From Hyphomicrobiales bacterium (lineage in GTDB: Bacteria > Pseudomonadota > Alphaproteobacteria > Rhizobiales > TMED25): 64,000 bases of DNA. The position numbers and the translations under genes were made by a program. The DNA lies in contig JAQWOP010000003.1 of the NCBI GenBank assembly GCA_029245795.1, forward strand, positions 101,235-165,234. Direction: 5' to 3'. The notes beneath the pieces are model-generated. The model saw only the letters and a program-made list of their open reading frames with translations. It did no database searches and was not told where the DNA came from. This document shows, piece by piece, positions 1-11,340 of the stretch (positions are counted from its first letter, which is position 1; every line of letters starts with the position of its first letter).

Positions 1-1760
1 ATTACAGCCCAGGAGTTTATTAATTCGATTTCTTCATCAACTTTTATCTCCGCCACAAGAGCACAATAAGCACCAATATTTTTGTATCTTGAGAAGGCAA
101 TACCTTTATAGGTATCTGGGTTGTTAGATCCCCAGTTCGATATTTCCCCGACTTGTTCAAGGACAGCTATTACTCTTTCATCTTTTAAATTACTTAGTCT
201 GAATTCAAGTGGATCTTTGCCTTGAGATAGAGCTATATCATCCATTAATGTTTCAATTGCATAAACGTTAACAAAAGCTCCAAGGCCTCTCATAGCAGAA
301 GTGCGCCAGGGAAGATCATAAACCACTTGTTTTCTGACTCTTATATTTGGGATGTCATAGAGTGGCACAGAATTTCTATCAGCTGCCCCACCTTTATTCA
401 AAGGCGTATCTATCGGATTTGGTGGTGTAATTGGAGAAGAAATATGCTCAGCTGCCAATAGATACTCGCCATTTTTCCCAGCAGGTCTTTTTACATGAGG
501 AGGACTCTTTACAAGAACATCAAATGAATTGATTTCTCCTTTACTACCTATTTTTGCATCTATCTTCGTAACCATTCCAGGAGCGAGAGGAGATGATGAT
601 AATTCATCCTCTCTTGACCAAACAACTCGAACGTGATGTCCTATTAATTCTTTTGCTATCAAGACGGCATCAAGCACAACATCATCAGCTCCATTATGTC
701 CATAACATCCAGAACCGTGGTAATGCTGTACATCAATATCATCCTCAGGTTTTTTAAAAATTGCTGACAAAGTTCTTTTCATTGGGAATGGAGCCTGACT
801 ATGGGTGTATACAGATAATTTCTTATCTCCCCAGTGGGCAATTGAACAGCATGGTCCAATTGATGCGTGACAAAGAAAATTACGAGATGCTTCAGTTGAT
901 ATATTTGTACCTTCTGCGGTTTCAATATTACCTTTTTCAAGGCTTAAAGTCATGGGCGCATCAGTATTTCTTATATATTCAATAGGATCTGTGATCGCAG
1001 TCTTGACTTGAGTCCAATGACATTGTTTATTGACTTTATTGACAAGCTGCACTGCATCTTCTTCATTTTTAGAAACAACAGCTACAAAGGATCCATCAAC
1101 AATTAATTTTTTAATATTTGGTAGAGAATTAATTTTCTCTTTATCAATACTTATTAATCTTGATGATGCTGAAGGTGGGCGAATAACCCGAGCATGCAGC
1201 ATTTGGTCAAACTCTAAATCATGTATAAATTTATGTTTTCCAAGAATTTTATCATGAAGATCAATCCTTTTTAGTGATTTTCCCATAAGTCTTTTTTGTT
1301 CTTTTGTCTTTGGCTTCATATACTTCTCGACGCTTTTATCTAATTTTACATCTTTTGCTAGTGACCAATAGGAGAGTTTAGTTGAGGAACCATTTAAAAA
1401 AAATTCACCATCTTTGATCTCAATATTATTAATATCTGATTGAAGCAACTCAGCAGCCTTTTCAAGCATAAGCATTCTTGCAGCTGACGCTGCTTTCCTC
1501 AGAGATACACCTTCCGTTTGCATAGATTGTGAACCGGATGTACAACCTCCATCTAGGCAATCTCGAGTATCGCCAGCAGAAAGTTCAATTCTTTCCGGAT
1601 TTATATCTAGCTCTTCAGCAGCAATTTGCATGAAGGCTGTATTTATACCTTGACCTATTTCGACTTTCCCAGACACCATTCTAACTGTTCCATTCTCTCT
1701 AAATGAAAACCAGTTTTCTATTTTTGGAGCTGAATCAAATGAATTTGGAAACATATTCAT
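1..1760 (-). CDS. Molybdopterin-dependent oxidoreductase large (beta) subunit, IorB / aldehyde-oxidase family; the C-terminus runs off the window start
   Basis: Absent from the ORF track because there is no stop inside the window. My own minus-strand translation from the ATG at 1760 gives MNMFPNSFDSAPKIENWFSFRENGTVRMVSGKVEIGQGINTAFMQIA..., and near the window edge ...YKGIAFSRYKNIGAYCALVAEIKVDEEIELINSWAV. It starts 1 nt after the stop of the 2Fe-2S subunit gene, the usual small-then-large subunit arrangement. Confidence 0.8.
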   Translation of the reverse strand, partial: MNMFPNSFDSAPKIENWFSFRENGTVRMVSGKVEIGQGINTAFMQIAAEELDINPERIELSAGDTRDCLDGGCTSGSQSMQTEGVSLRKAASAARMLMLEKAAELLQSDINNIEIKDGEFFLNGSSTKLSYWSLAKDVKLDKSVEKYMKPKTKEQKRLMGKSLKRIDLHDKILGKHKFIHDLEFDQMLHARVIRPPSASSRLISIDKEKINSLPNIKKLIVDGSFVAVVSKNEEDAVQLVNKVNKQCHWTQVKTAITDPIEYIRNTDAPMTLSLEKGNIETAEGTNISTEASRNFLCHASIGPCCSIAHWGDKKLSVYTHSQAPFPMKRTLSAIFKKPEDDIDVQHYHGSGCYGHNGADDVVLDAVLIAKELIGHHVRVVWSREDELSSSPLAPGMVTKIDAKIGSKGEINSFDVLVKSPPHVKRPAGKNGEYLLAAEHISSPITPPNPIDTPLNKGGAADRNSVPLYDIPNIRVRKQVVYDLPWRTSAMRGLGAFVNVYAIETLMDDIALSQGKDPLEFRLSNLKDERVIAVLEQVGEISNWGSNNPDTYKGIAFSRYKNIGAYCALVAEIKVDEEIELINSWAV

Positions 1761-1761
1761 C

Positions 1762-2226
1762 TTATGACAATTTTCCTAAATAGTTTTCGACAGCTTTTAG
1801 TATTCTTGTTTGTGAACCACATCGACATAAATTCCTATCTAATTCATTCGCTATATCATTTACTGTTTTGCTTGGGTCTTTATCAATAAGTCCTTTGACA
1901 CGCATTGTTATTCCACTCAAGCAATACCCACATTGTCCAGCCTGTTCATTAATTAATTCTTCTTGCAACGGGTGAACACCATTTTTGGATAACCCTTCAA
2001 TAGTTTCAATTTCTTTATCTGCTGCAGCCCATATAGGAGTATCACAAGAAAATATAGGCAACCCATCCATGATAACAGTACAAGCTCCACAAATGCCATC
2101 GCCACAGCCAAACTTAGTCCCTTTAAGCTTAAGGTGATTTCTCAAAATATATAGTAGTGGTGTATTTTCATCTGCTTCGACATTTTGGTCAATACCATTT
2201 ACATTTATTTTGTACTTATTTGTCAA
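1762..2226 (-). CDS. (2Fe-2S)-binding small subunit of a xanthine-dehydrogenase-family oxidoreductase (IorA-like)
   Basis: 154 aa. Carries the cysteine motifs GCGDGICGACTV, CGYCLSG and CRCG typical of the two [2Fe-2S] domains. Sits directly upstream of the molybdopterin subunit. Confidence 0.9.
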   Translation of the reverse strand: MTNKYKINVNGIDQNVEADENTPLLYILRNHLKLKGTKFGCGDGICGACTVIMDGLPIFSCDTPIWAAADKEIETIEGLSKNGVHPLQEELINEQAGQCGYCLSGITMRVKGLIDKDPSKTVNDIANELDRNLCRCGSQTRILKAVENYLGKLS

Positions 2227-2358
2227 TTTTTTTAACCTTTATTAATTAAAGATATATTTTTTTTTTCTAAATGATAATTATATTTTACAATATATACAAT
2301 TATAATAATTAACTTTATAAAATATTGTATGTTTTATAAATAATTTAGGGTCTGTCAA

Positions 2359-3228
2359 ATGAAAGATATAGCGTATGTAAATGGAAATTTTCTTGATATA
2401 AATGACGCAAAAGTATCTGTCAAAGATAGGGGGCTTCTTTTTGGGGATGGTGTCTATGAGGTCGCCGGTGTAATTGAAGGTGTTTTAATTGATAACTGGG
2501 CTCATTTAAGAAGATTAGAGAGATCACTGGATTACATAAGTCTAGAGTTGCCGATAGATTTAAAAACATTATCAGAAGTTCAAAAAGAGCTCATATTTCG
2601 TAACAATATGAAAGAGGGAACCCTTTATTTGCATGTTACTCGGGGAGAAAGTCAACAAAGAGAATTTGAATTTCCAAAGGACGTTGCTCCAAGTATTGTT
2701 ATGTTTGTTCAGCATAAAAAAATACTTCATATTAGTCAGGATAAGCTTAGGGCAAAAGTGATGACACTTCCTGACCTAAGATGGAAGAGGCGAGACATCA
2801 AATCAATTGCATTATTAGCTCAGGTTCTTGCAAAACAAACAGCTCATGAGAATGGCTGTGATGAAGTTTGGATGTATGAAGATAATTTCATTACTGAGGG
2901 TGGGTCAAGTAATGCTTTTATTATACAAAAAAATAAATTGATAAGCAGAAAAACTAATGAAACAATTTTATCCGGAATTACCAGGCAAGCTGTTTTAAAA
3001 CTTGTTGAACAAGAATCTTTGTTATTTGAAGAAAGGCCATTTAGTATAGAAGAGGCTTACCAAGCATCTGAAGCATTTTATACGAGCGCATCTGTATTTG
3101 TTATGCCAGTAATATCCATAGATGAGAAAATTATCGGTGACGGAAATCCCGGACCATTAACTATAAAATTGAGAAACCTATATGAAAATTTTGCAAAAAG
3201 TTTTATAAATCAAGAAAACAACGAGTAG
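2359..3228 (+). CDS. Class IV aminotransferase (D-amino-acid / branched-chain type)
   Basis: 289 aa. Motifs RGLLFGDGVYEV, DIKSIALLAQVLAKQ and EGGSSNAF fit fold-type IV PLP enzymes. Confidence 0.85.
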   Translation: MKDIAYVNGNFLDINDAKVSVKDRGLLFGDGVYEVAGVIEGVLIDNWAHLRRLERSLDYISLELPIDLKTLSEVQKELIFRNNMKEGTLYLHVTRGESQQREFEFPKDVAPSIVMFVQHKKILHISQDKLRAKVMTLPDLRWKRRDIKSIALLAQVLAKQTAHENGCDEVWMYEDNFITEGGSSNAFIIQKNKLISRKTNETILSGITRQAVLKLVEQESLLFEERPFSIEEAYQASEAFYTSASVFVMPVISIDEKIIGDGNPGPLTIKLRNLYENFAKSFINQENNE

Positions 3229-3234
3229 GAAGCT

Positions 3235-4308
3235 ATGAAATTCAGTAATATAAAGGAAGCAATTTCTGCAATAAATCAAGGTGAGATGGTGGTTGTTGTG
3301 GATGACGATGACAGAGAAAATGAAGGTGATTTAATTATGGCTGCTTCGATGGCAACCCCAGAGAAGACAGGTTTTATCATTCGATATACAAGTGGTATTC
3401 TTTGCGTCTCAGTTACGCAAGAGATTGCAAAGCGCCTTCATCTTGATCCAATGGTGTCCGATAATGATGCACCGCTAGGAACTGCGTTTACAATTTCAGT
3501 TGATCTTAAGGATGGATTGACTACAGGTATTTCAGCCAGTGAGAGAGCAAATACAATCAGAGCTATGGCAAACACACAGACAAAACCTAGTGATTTTGTT
3601 AGGCCAGGGCATGTATTTCCTCTTATCGCAAGGGAAGGTGGGGTATTGATGAGGTCTGGTCACACGGAGGCTGCTAGTGATTTAGCTAAATTAGCTAGTT
3701 TAGAGCCAGTTGGTTTGCTTTCCGAACTAATGAATGATGATGGTACAGTCAAAAGAGGAGATCAAGTTTTTGATTTTGCTAATGCTAATAATTTAAAGAT
3801 TATTTCAGTAGCGGATATTATTCAATATAGAGAAGAACGCGAACAACTTGTAAGAAAAATAAGTGAACAGCAGATTGATCTCTCTTTTGGAAAAGCAAAA
3901 ATTATAACTTATAATACTTTATTTGATGACATTGAACATATTGCTTTAATATATGGGGACATATCATCGGGTGAAAATATTCCAACACGTATCCACAAAG
4001 GTAATATTATAAAAGATGTTTTCTTAGAAAATAATTTAATACATGCATCATTAAATCACCTAAAGGATAGAGGTATGGGTATTATATTATATTTGCGTGA
4101 GGGCGCTATCGGAGTCCAAATAGAAAATAAAAAATCTGGACGTGAAAATTTAAGAGATGAACAATGGAGAGATATAGGACTGGGAGCGCAGATAATAAGA
4201 GATTTGAATATATCTTCAATTGAACTATTATCGTCAACCACTAGTCACTTTGTTGGTCTTTCGGGGTTTGGGATTGAAATTAAATCTCGTTCACCAATAA
4301 AAAGTTAA
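3235..4308 (+). CDS. ribB: 3,4-dihydroxy-2-butanone-4-phosphate synthase fused to a degenerate GTP-cyclohydrolase-II-like domain (RibBX type)
   Basis: 357 aa. N-terminal DHBP synthase signature MVVVVDDDDRENEGDLIMAA...GHTEAA. The C-terminal ~150 aa resemble RibA but contain no cysteine at all. Confidence 0.85.
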   Translation: MKFSNIKEAISAINQGEMVVVVDDDDRENEGDLIMAASMATPEKTGFIIRYTSGILCVSVTQEIAKRLHLDPMVSDNDAPLGTAFTISVDLKDGLTTGISASERANTIRAMANTQTKPSDFVRPGHVFPLIAREGGVLMRSGHTEAASDLAKLASLEPVGLLSELMNDDGTVKRGDQVFDFANANNLKIISVADIIQYREEREQLVRKISEQQIDLSFGKAKIITYNTLFDDIEHIALIYGDISSGENIPTRIHKGNIIKDVFLENNLIHASLNHLKDRGMGIILYLREGAIGVQIENKKSGRENLRDEQWRDIGLGAQIIRDLNISSIELLSSTTSHFVGLSGFGIEIKSRSPIKS

Positions 4309-4331
4309 TAAATAAAAATATAGAGTTTCTG

Positions 4332-5003
4332 ATGACGAGAGACCCAAATTTAAAAGTAAGAGTAAAATCAGCAAAAGGCAGAAAAATATCATCCACAAGA
4401 TGGTTAGAGAGACAATTAAATGACCCATATGTTCATGAGGCTAATAGACTTGGGTATAGATCAAGGGCAGCTTTTAAAATACAAGAAATTAATGAGAAGT
4501 ATAATATATTTAAAGAAGGCCAGTGTGTATTAGATTTAGGAGCCGCTCCTGGAGGATGGAGTCAAATTGCAGCTCAATATGTTAATGAAAATTCTCAAAG
4601 TGGACAGGTCTTGGCTGTTGATATTCTTCCAATTGATTCTCTATCTGGTGTAACTTCTCTACAATTAGATGTTTATGATGAGAATATTATTCAAATCTTA
4701 AAAGATAACTTAAAGAAGCCCAAAGCTGATATAGTCTTATCTGATATGGCTCCATCAACAACAGGTCATAAGTCTACTGATCATTTGAGAATAATATCAT
4801 TGCTAGAGAACGCTCTAGATATAGCTGAGGAAATTCTTGAAGAGGGCGGTGTTTTTGTTGGTAAAGTCTTTAGAGGTGGTACGGAAAGTGATATTCTTAA
4901 TAGGATGAAAAAAAACTTTGAAAAGGTAAGACATGTAAAACCAAAATCAAGTAGATCAAATTCTTCTGAACTGTATGTGCTTGGTTTAAATTATAGAAAA
5001 TAA
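4332..5003 (+). CDS. rlmE: 23S rRNA 2'-O-ribose (U2552) methyltransferase RlmE/FtsJ
   Basis: 223 aa. Motifs YRSRAAFKIQEINEKY, DLGAAPGGWSQ and LSDMAP. Confidence 0.9.
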   Translation: MTRDPNLKVRVKSAKGRKISSTRWLERQLNDPYVHEANRLGYRSRAAFKIQEINEKYNIFKEGQCVLDLGAAPGGWSQIAAQYVNENSQSGQVLAVDILPIDSLSGVTSLQLDVYDENIIQILKDNLKKPKADIVLSDMAPSTTGHKSTDHLRIISLLENALDIAEEILEEGGVFVGKVFRGGTESDILNRMKKNFEKVRHVKPKSSRSNSSELYVLGLNYRK

Positions 5004-5075
5004 TAGTATTATTAACTTTTATCTTTTCATGTCATTAAATGGGTGTTAAATATAGTATTTGGTTACTCAGGTTAA

Positions 5076-7825
<2,750 letters not shown>

Positions 7826-7841
7826 TACTGTAAAGAGAAAA

Positions 7842-9395
7842 ATGAATAACAAAAAAGAAATAATTTTAATTGTAGATTTTGGTAGCCAATTGACTCAGCT
7901 AATTGCGCGAAGGGTGAGAGAGTGGGGCGTATATTCAGAGATACAGCCATTTAATAAAATATCCCAAGATATTAATAAATTAGAAATCCGCGGTATAATT
8001 TTCTCAGGCGGTCCACATAGTGTTATCGGAGTTGATGCGCCTTCAGCACCAAAATGGTTATTTGAGCTTAATGTGCCCATTCTCGGGATATGTTATGGAC
8101 AGCAAACGATAGTAAATCAACTTGGCGGTGAAGTCATTAATACAGGTAAAAGAGAGTATGGGAAATCAAACCTGACAATAATTGATGAATCACCACTTTT
8201 TAAAAATATATGGGAAAAAGGCAATGACTATCAAGTTTGGATGAGCCATGGAGACTCTGTCAATAAACTGCCAAATGATTTTAGAATAATAGCAAAAACA
8301 GAAAATGCTCCATATGCAGCTATTAGTAGTGAGTCAAAAAAATATTACGGTCTTCAATTTCATCCAGAGGTATACCATACAATAAATGGGAATGTTATTA
8401 TAAAAAATTTCTTAGATATATGTGGTGTTAGTTATGATTGGACCATGTCTAGTTTTTTTGAAGTACAAAAATCTCAAATTCAAACAAAAGTTAAAGATGG
8501 TAAGGTGATTTGTGGATTATCTGGAGGCGTCGATTCATCTGTTGTTGCTGTTTTATTACATAAGATTATAGGTCAACAATTAACGTGTATATATATTGAT
8601 AATGGATTGATGAGAAAGAATGAATCCGAGCAGGTAGTGAGCTTATTTAAAAAACATTATAATATTCCTCTTGTACATGTAGATGCATCAGAAATTTTCC
8701 TTAAAAAATTATCTAACATCTCTGACCCTGAGCAAAAAAGAAAAATTATAGGAGCCGTTTTTATTGATGTTTTTGAAGAAGAGGCATCCAAAATTGGTAA
8801 TGTAGATTTTTTAGCACAAGGGACGCTCTATCCTGATGTTATAGAAAGTGTAAGTTTTACGGGTGGGCCTTCGGTAACGATTAAGAGCCATCATAATGTA
8901 GGAGGGTTGCCTGAAAAAATGAACCTAAAGTTAGTTGAGCCCTTGAGGCAACTTTTCAAAGATGAGGTTAGATTGCTGGGCAAAGAACTTGGTCTTCCAG
9001 AATCTTTTATTTCTAGACATCCATTTCCAGGTCCTGGTCTAGCAATTCGCTGTCCTGGTGAAATAACAATGGAGAAATTAGAAATATTGAGAAATGCTGA
9101 TGAGATCTATATTGATGAGATAAAGAAAGCAGGCCTTTATAACGATATATGGCAGGCCTTTGCAGTTTTATTGCCAACCAGAACCGTTGGTGTTATGGGT
9201 GATGCAAGGACATACGAATATGTCTGTGCCCTAAGAGCAGTCACTTCTGTGGATGGTATGACAGCAGATATTTATCATTTTAAAACCGAGTTTTTGGCTT
9301 ATTTATCAAATAGGATAATTAACTCTGTAAAAGGTATTAACCGAGTTGTTTATGATGTTACCTCCAAGCCACCAGGGACAATTGAGTGGGAATAA
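7842..9395 (+). CDS. guaA: GMP synthase (glutamine-hydrolysing)
   Basis: Has a GATase domain ([12 protein letters not shown]), the ATP-PPase P-loop SGGVDSS, and the conserved C-terminus PPGTIEWE. The track ORF starts at TTG 7818. The ATG at 7842 lies 16 nt after the rsmB-like stop and is the more plausible start. Confidence 0.97.
   Translation: MNNKKEIILIVDFGSQLTQLIARRVREWGVYSEIQPFNKISQDINKLEIRGIIFSGGPHSVIGVDAPSAPKWLFELNVPILGICYGQQTIVNQLGGEVINTGKREYGKSNLTIIDESPLFKNIWEKGNDYQVWMSHGDSVNKLPNDFRIIAKTENAPYAAISSESKKYYGLQFHPEVYHTINGNVIIKNFLDICGVSYDWTMSSFFEVQKSQIQTKVKDGKVICGLSGGVDSSVVAVLLHKIIGQQLTCIYIDNGLMRKNESEQVVSLFKKHYNIPLVHVDASEIFLKKLSNISDPEQKRKIIGAVFIDVFEEEASKIGNVDFLAQGTLYPDVIESVSFTGGPSVTIKSHHNVGGLPEKMNLKLVEPLRQLFKDEVRLLGKELGLPESFISRHPFPGPGLAIRCPGEITMEKLEILRNADEIYIDEIKKAGLYNDIWQAFAVLLPTRTVGVMGDARTYEYVCALRAVTSVDGMTADIYHFKTEFLAYLSNRIINSVKGINRVVYDVTSKPPGTIEWE
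9381..9395. repeat. Direct repeat copy 1 (last 15 nt of guaA, ATTGAGTGGGAATAA)
   Basis: Exact 15-mer identity with 10049..10063. Confidence 0.9.
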
Positions 9396-9413
9396 AAGTT
9401 TTATTTCAATGGC

Positions 9414-9442
9414 TTGTAAAAAGTTATTAAAGTAACTATATT
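9414..9442 (+). promoter_or_regulatory. Sigma70-like promoter candidate for the DUF1772 cassette
   Basis: TTGTAA, then a 17-nt spacer, then TATATT. It is followed by AAGGA (9451..9455) and the ATG at 9465. Confidence 0.4.
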
Positions 9443-9464
9443 GGAATTGCAAGGATAAATTAAA

Positions 9465-9959
9465 ATGGACATGTTGGATATCTCGTTAATCTTATCTATC
9501 CTATCTTGTAGTTTAGTCGGTGGGTTCATTTTTACATATGCAATTGTTGTTATGCCAGGCTTATCAAACCTTAATGATAGAGACTTTCTAAGAGCATTTC
9601 AGGTGACAGACGCCGTAATACAGAACAATCAACCGCTCTTCATGTTTACTTGGATAGGCTCTATTTTGTCTGTGTTAGCTACAATATTAGTTTCATTGGT
9701 AAGTATTGGGTTTGCAGAGGGTTGGTTAATAGCTTTAGTTGCTTTTGTTTATTTATTAGGTGTGCAAGGCATAACAGTGGCAATCCATATCCCCCTAAAT
9801 AACCATATTCAGAGTATTAAAATTGAAAATCTGAATGATGAGGCATTAGCTGATGAACGCTTAAAATTTGAAACAAAATGGAATTTCTTTAATTATATTC
9901 GAACAAGTATCGCCATTTCTGTTAGCGTGTTACTGCTTATAATTTTAACAATGCGATAA
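9465..9959 (+). CDS. Small 4-TM membrane protein, DUF1772 (anthrone-oxygenase-like) family candidate
   Basis: 164 aa with four hydrophobic segments. The motif MPGLSNLNDRDFLRAFQ resembles DUF1772 proteins. The family call is from memory only. Confidence 0.55.
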   Translation: MDMLDISLILSILSCSLVGGFIFTYAIVVMPGLSNLNDRDFLRAFQVTDAVIQNNQPLFMFTWIGSILSVLATILVSLVSIGFAEGWLIALVAFVYLLGVQGITVAIHIPLNNHIQSIKIENLNDEALADERLKFETKWNFFNYIRTSIAISVSVLLLIILTMR

Positions 9960-9985
9960 ATTAAACTTTCTGATAAATTAAAAAC

Positions 9986-10007
9986 TTACAAAGTAGTTAC
10001 AAAGTAT
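9986..10007. repeat. Tandem 11-nt repeat TTACAAAGTA(G/T) x2
   Basis: Read directly: TTACAAAGTA at 9986..9995 and TTACAAAGTA at 9997..10006. Confidence 0.8.
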
Positions 10008-10042
10008 TTTTAAATACCTGTATTTAAATAATAAATTAGGCT

Positions 10043-10063
10043 AGAACGATTGAGTGGGAATAA
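10043..10063 (+). repeat. guaA 3'-end remnant / direct repeat copy 2 (AGA ACG ATT GAG TGG GAA TAA = RTIEWE-stop)
   Basis: 18 of 21 nt are identical to guaA 9375..9395, and the last 15 nt are exact. It is in frame, preceded by a TAG at 10037..10039, and has no start codon. Confidence 0.85.
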
Positions 10064-10098
10064 TACAATAAAATCAATTATTAAAAAAGGATATAGAA

Positions 10099-11310
10099 GT
10101 GTCGGCACTCATAAAAAACGCACTTAATATAGCAGATCTTCGAGAGTTAGCTCGCAAGCGTCTGACGAAAGCACTTTTTGATTTTTGCGATAAGGGTAGT
10201 GAAGATCAGGTTAACATGCGTGCCAACCGGACAGCGCTCGACAACATCAAGCTAATGCCCCGCATGTTAAGGGATGTCTCAGGTCGGGATCCCGGAATCA
10301 CCTTATTTGGTAAAGAACATTCGCTGCCACTGATGATCGGGCCCACGGGCCCCGCTGGTTTTGTCTGGTACCGCGGGGAGACAGAGCTTGCCAAGGCGGC
10401 AGCAAAGGCAAATATTCCCTTCACGGTCGCCAGTACCTCCAACACACCTATGGAAGATATATATCAAAACGGTGGTGGCACCCAGTGGTATCAGCTTTAT
10501 GTTTGGCAGGACATCGAGGCTTCCTTAGTGACCGCCAAAAGAGCTCTAGATGCAGGATACGAGGCCCTCGTACTGACAGTTGACTCACCGGTCTACAACA
10601 ATCGGGAAATCGACACCCGGAACGGTCTTAAGTTTCCCCCCACCATCAGTGCCCGTACGGCCCTGGATGCTATGCTTCATCCCCGGTGGCTCTATGGTAC
10701 GCTAGCCAAATACTATCTTGCAGAGGGCCAGTTGCCAGCATTTTCAAATATTCATATTCCTGACCAGCAAAAGGCCAACGCCAAGAGCTATATGTCCGCC
10801 TCGACTACGGGCTTCCTGAACCGTAACGATACTCTGGACTGGGACTTCGTGAAACGGCTGAGAGATCTATGGCCCAAAAAACTCCTGATCAAATGTGTAC
10901 TACACCCTGAGGACGCGGCTGCGGCTGTGGCATGTGGGGTAGACGGTGTTTTTGTCTCTAATCATGCAGGCAATGTGAACGATTGCGCCATTACGGCATG
11001 GGACGCTCTACCTGCCATTTCAGATGCCGTCGGTGGGAAGCTCACCATCATCGCTGATACTGGCGTGCGACGCGGAAGTGATGTTCTAAAGGGGCTAGCC
11101 CTCGGCGCGGATGTTGTCGCAGTTGGCCGGGCAACACTCTATGGCGTGGCTGCCGCAGGCGAAGCAGGCGCCACTCGGGCGCTGGATATCTTGGAGGCGG
11201 AAATTCGCCGAACCATGGCGGTCATGGGTGTTAACCGTATTTCAGATATCACCCGAGACCATATTAGATTACCGACAGACTTACCTGTGTCTGGCAAAAG
11301 TCCACTTTAG
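10099..11310 (+). CDS. FMN-dependent alpha-hydroxy-acid dehydrogenase family protein (LldD / mandelate-dehydrogenase-like), compositionally foreign
   Basis: 403 aa with a GTG start, preceded by AAGGA. Family motifs WYQLYVW, TVDSPV..REIDTRNG, SNHAGNVND, ADTGVRRGSDVLKGLALGA and GRATLYG. GC is far above the flanks by eye, and codons such as CTG, GCC and CGG are used freely. Confidence 0.85.
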   Translation: MSALIKNALNIADLRELARKRLTKALFDFCDKGSEDQVNMRANRTALDNIKLMPRMLRDVSGRDPGITLFGKEHSLPLMIGPTGPAGFVWYRGETELAKAAAKANIPFTVASTSNTPMEDIYQNGGGTQWYQLYVWQDIEASLVTAKRALDAGYEALVLTVDSPVYNNREIDTRNGLKFPPTISARTALDAMLHPRWLYGTLAKYYLAEGQLPAFSNIHIPDQQKANAKSYMSASTTGFLNRNDTLDWDFVKRLRDLWPKKLLIKCVLHPEDAAAAVACGVDGVFVSNHAGNVNDCAITAWDALPAISDAVGGKLTIIADTGVRRGSDVLKGLALGADVVAVGRATLYGVAAAGEAGATRALDILEAEIRRTMAVMGVNRISDITRDHIRLPTDLPVSGKSPL

Positions 11311-11340
11311 AATTATTCGGCTTAATAAGTTTATTATGTA

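Noticed and set aside
761-1257. Two plus-strand ORFs (74 and 75 aa) in the ORF track
   Set aside because: They lie inside, and antisense to, the long minus-strand molybdopterin-subunit reading frame (1..1760). That frame translates into recognisable family motifs. The two ORFs themselves have low-complexity, non-protein-like sequences.
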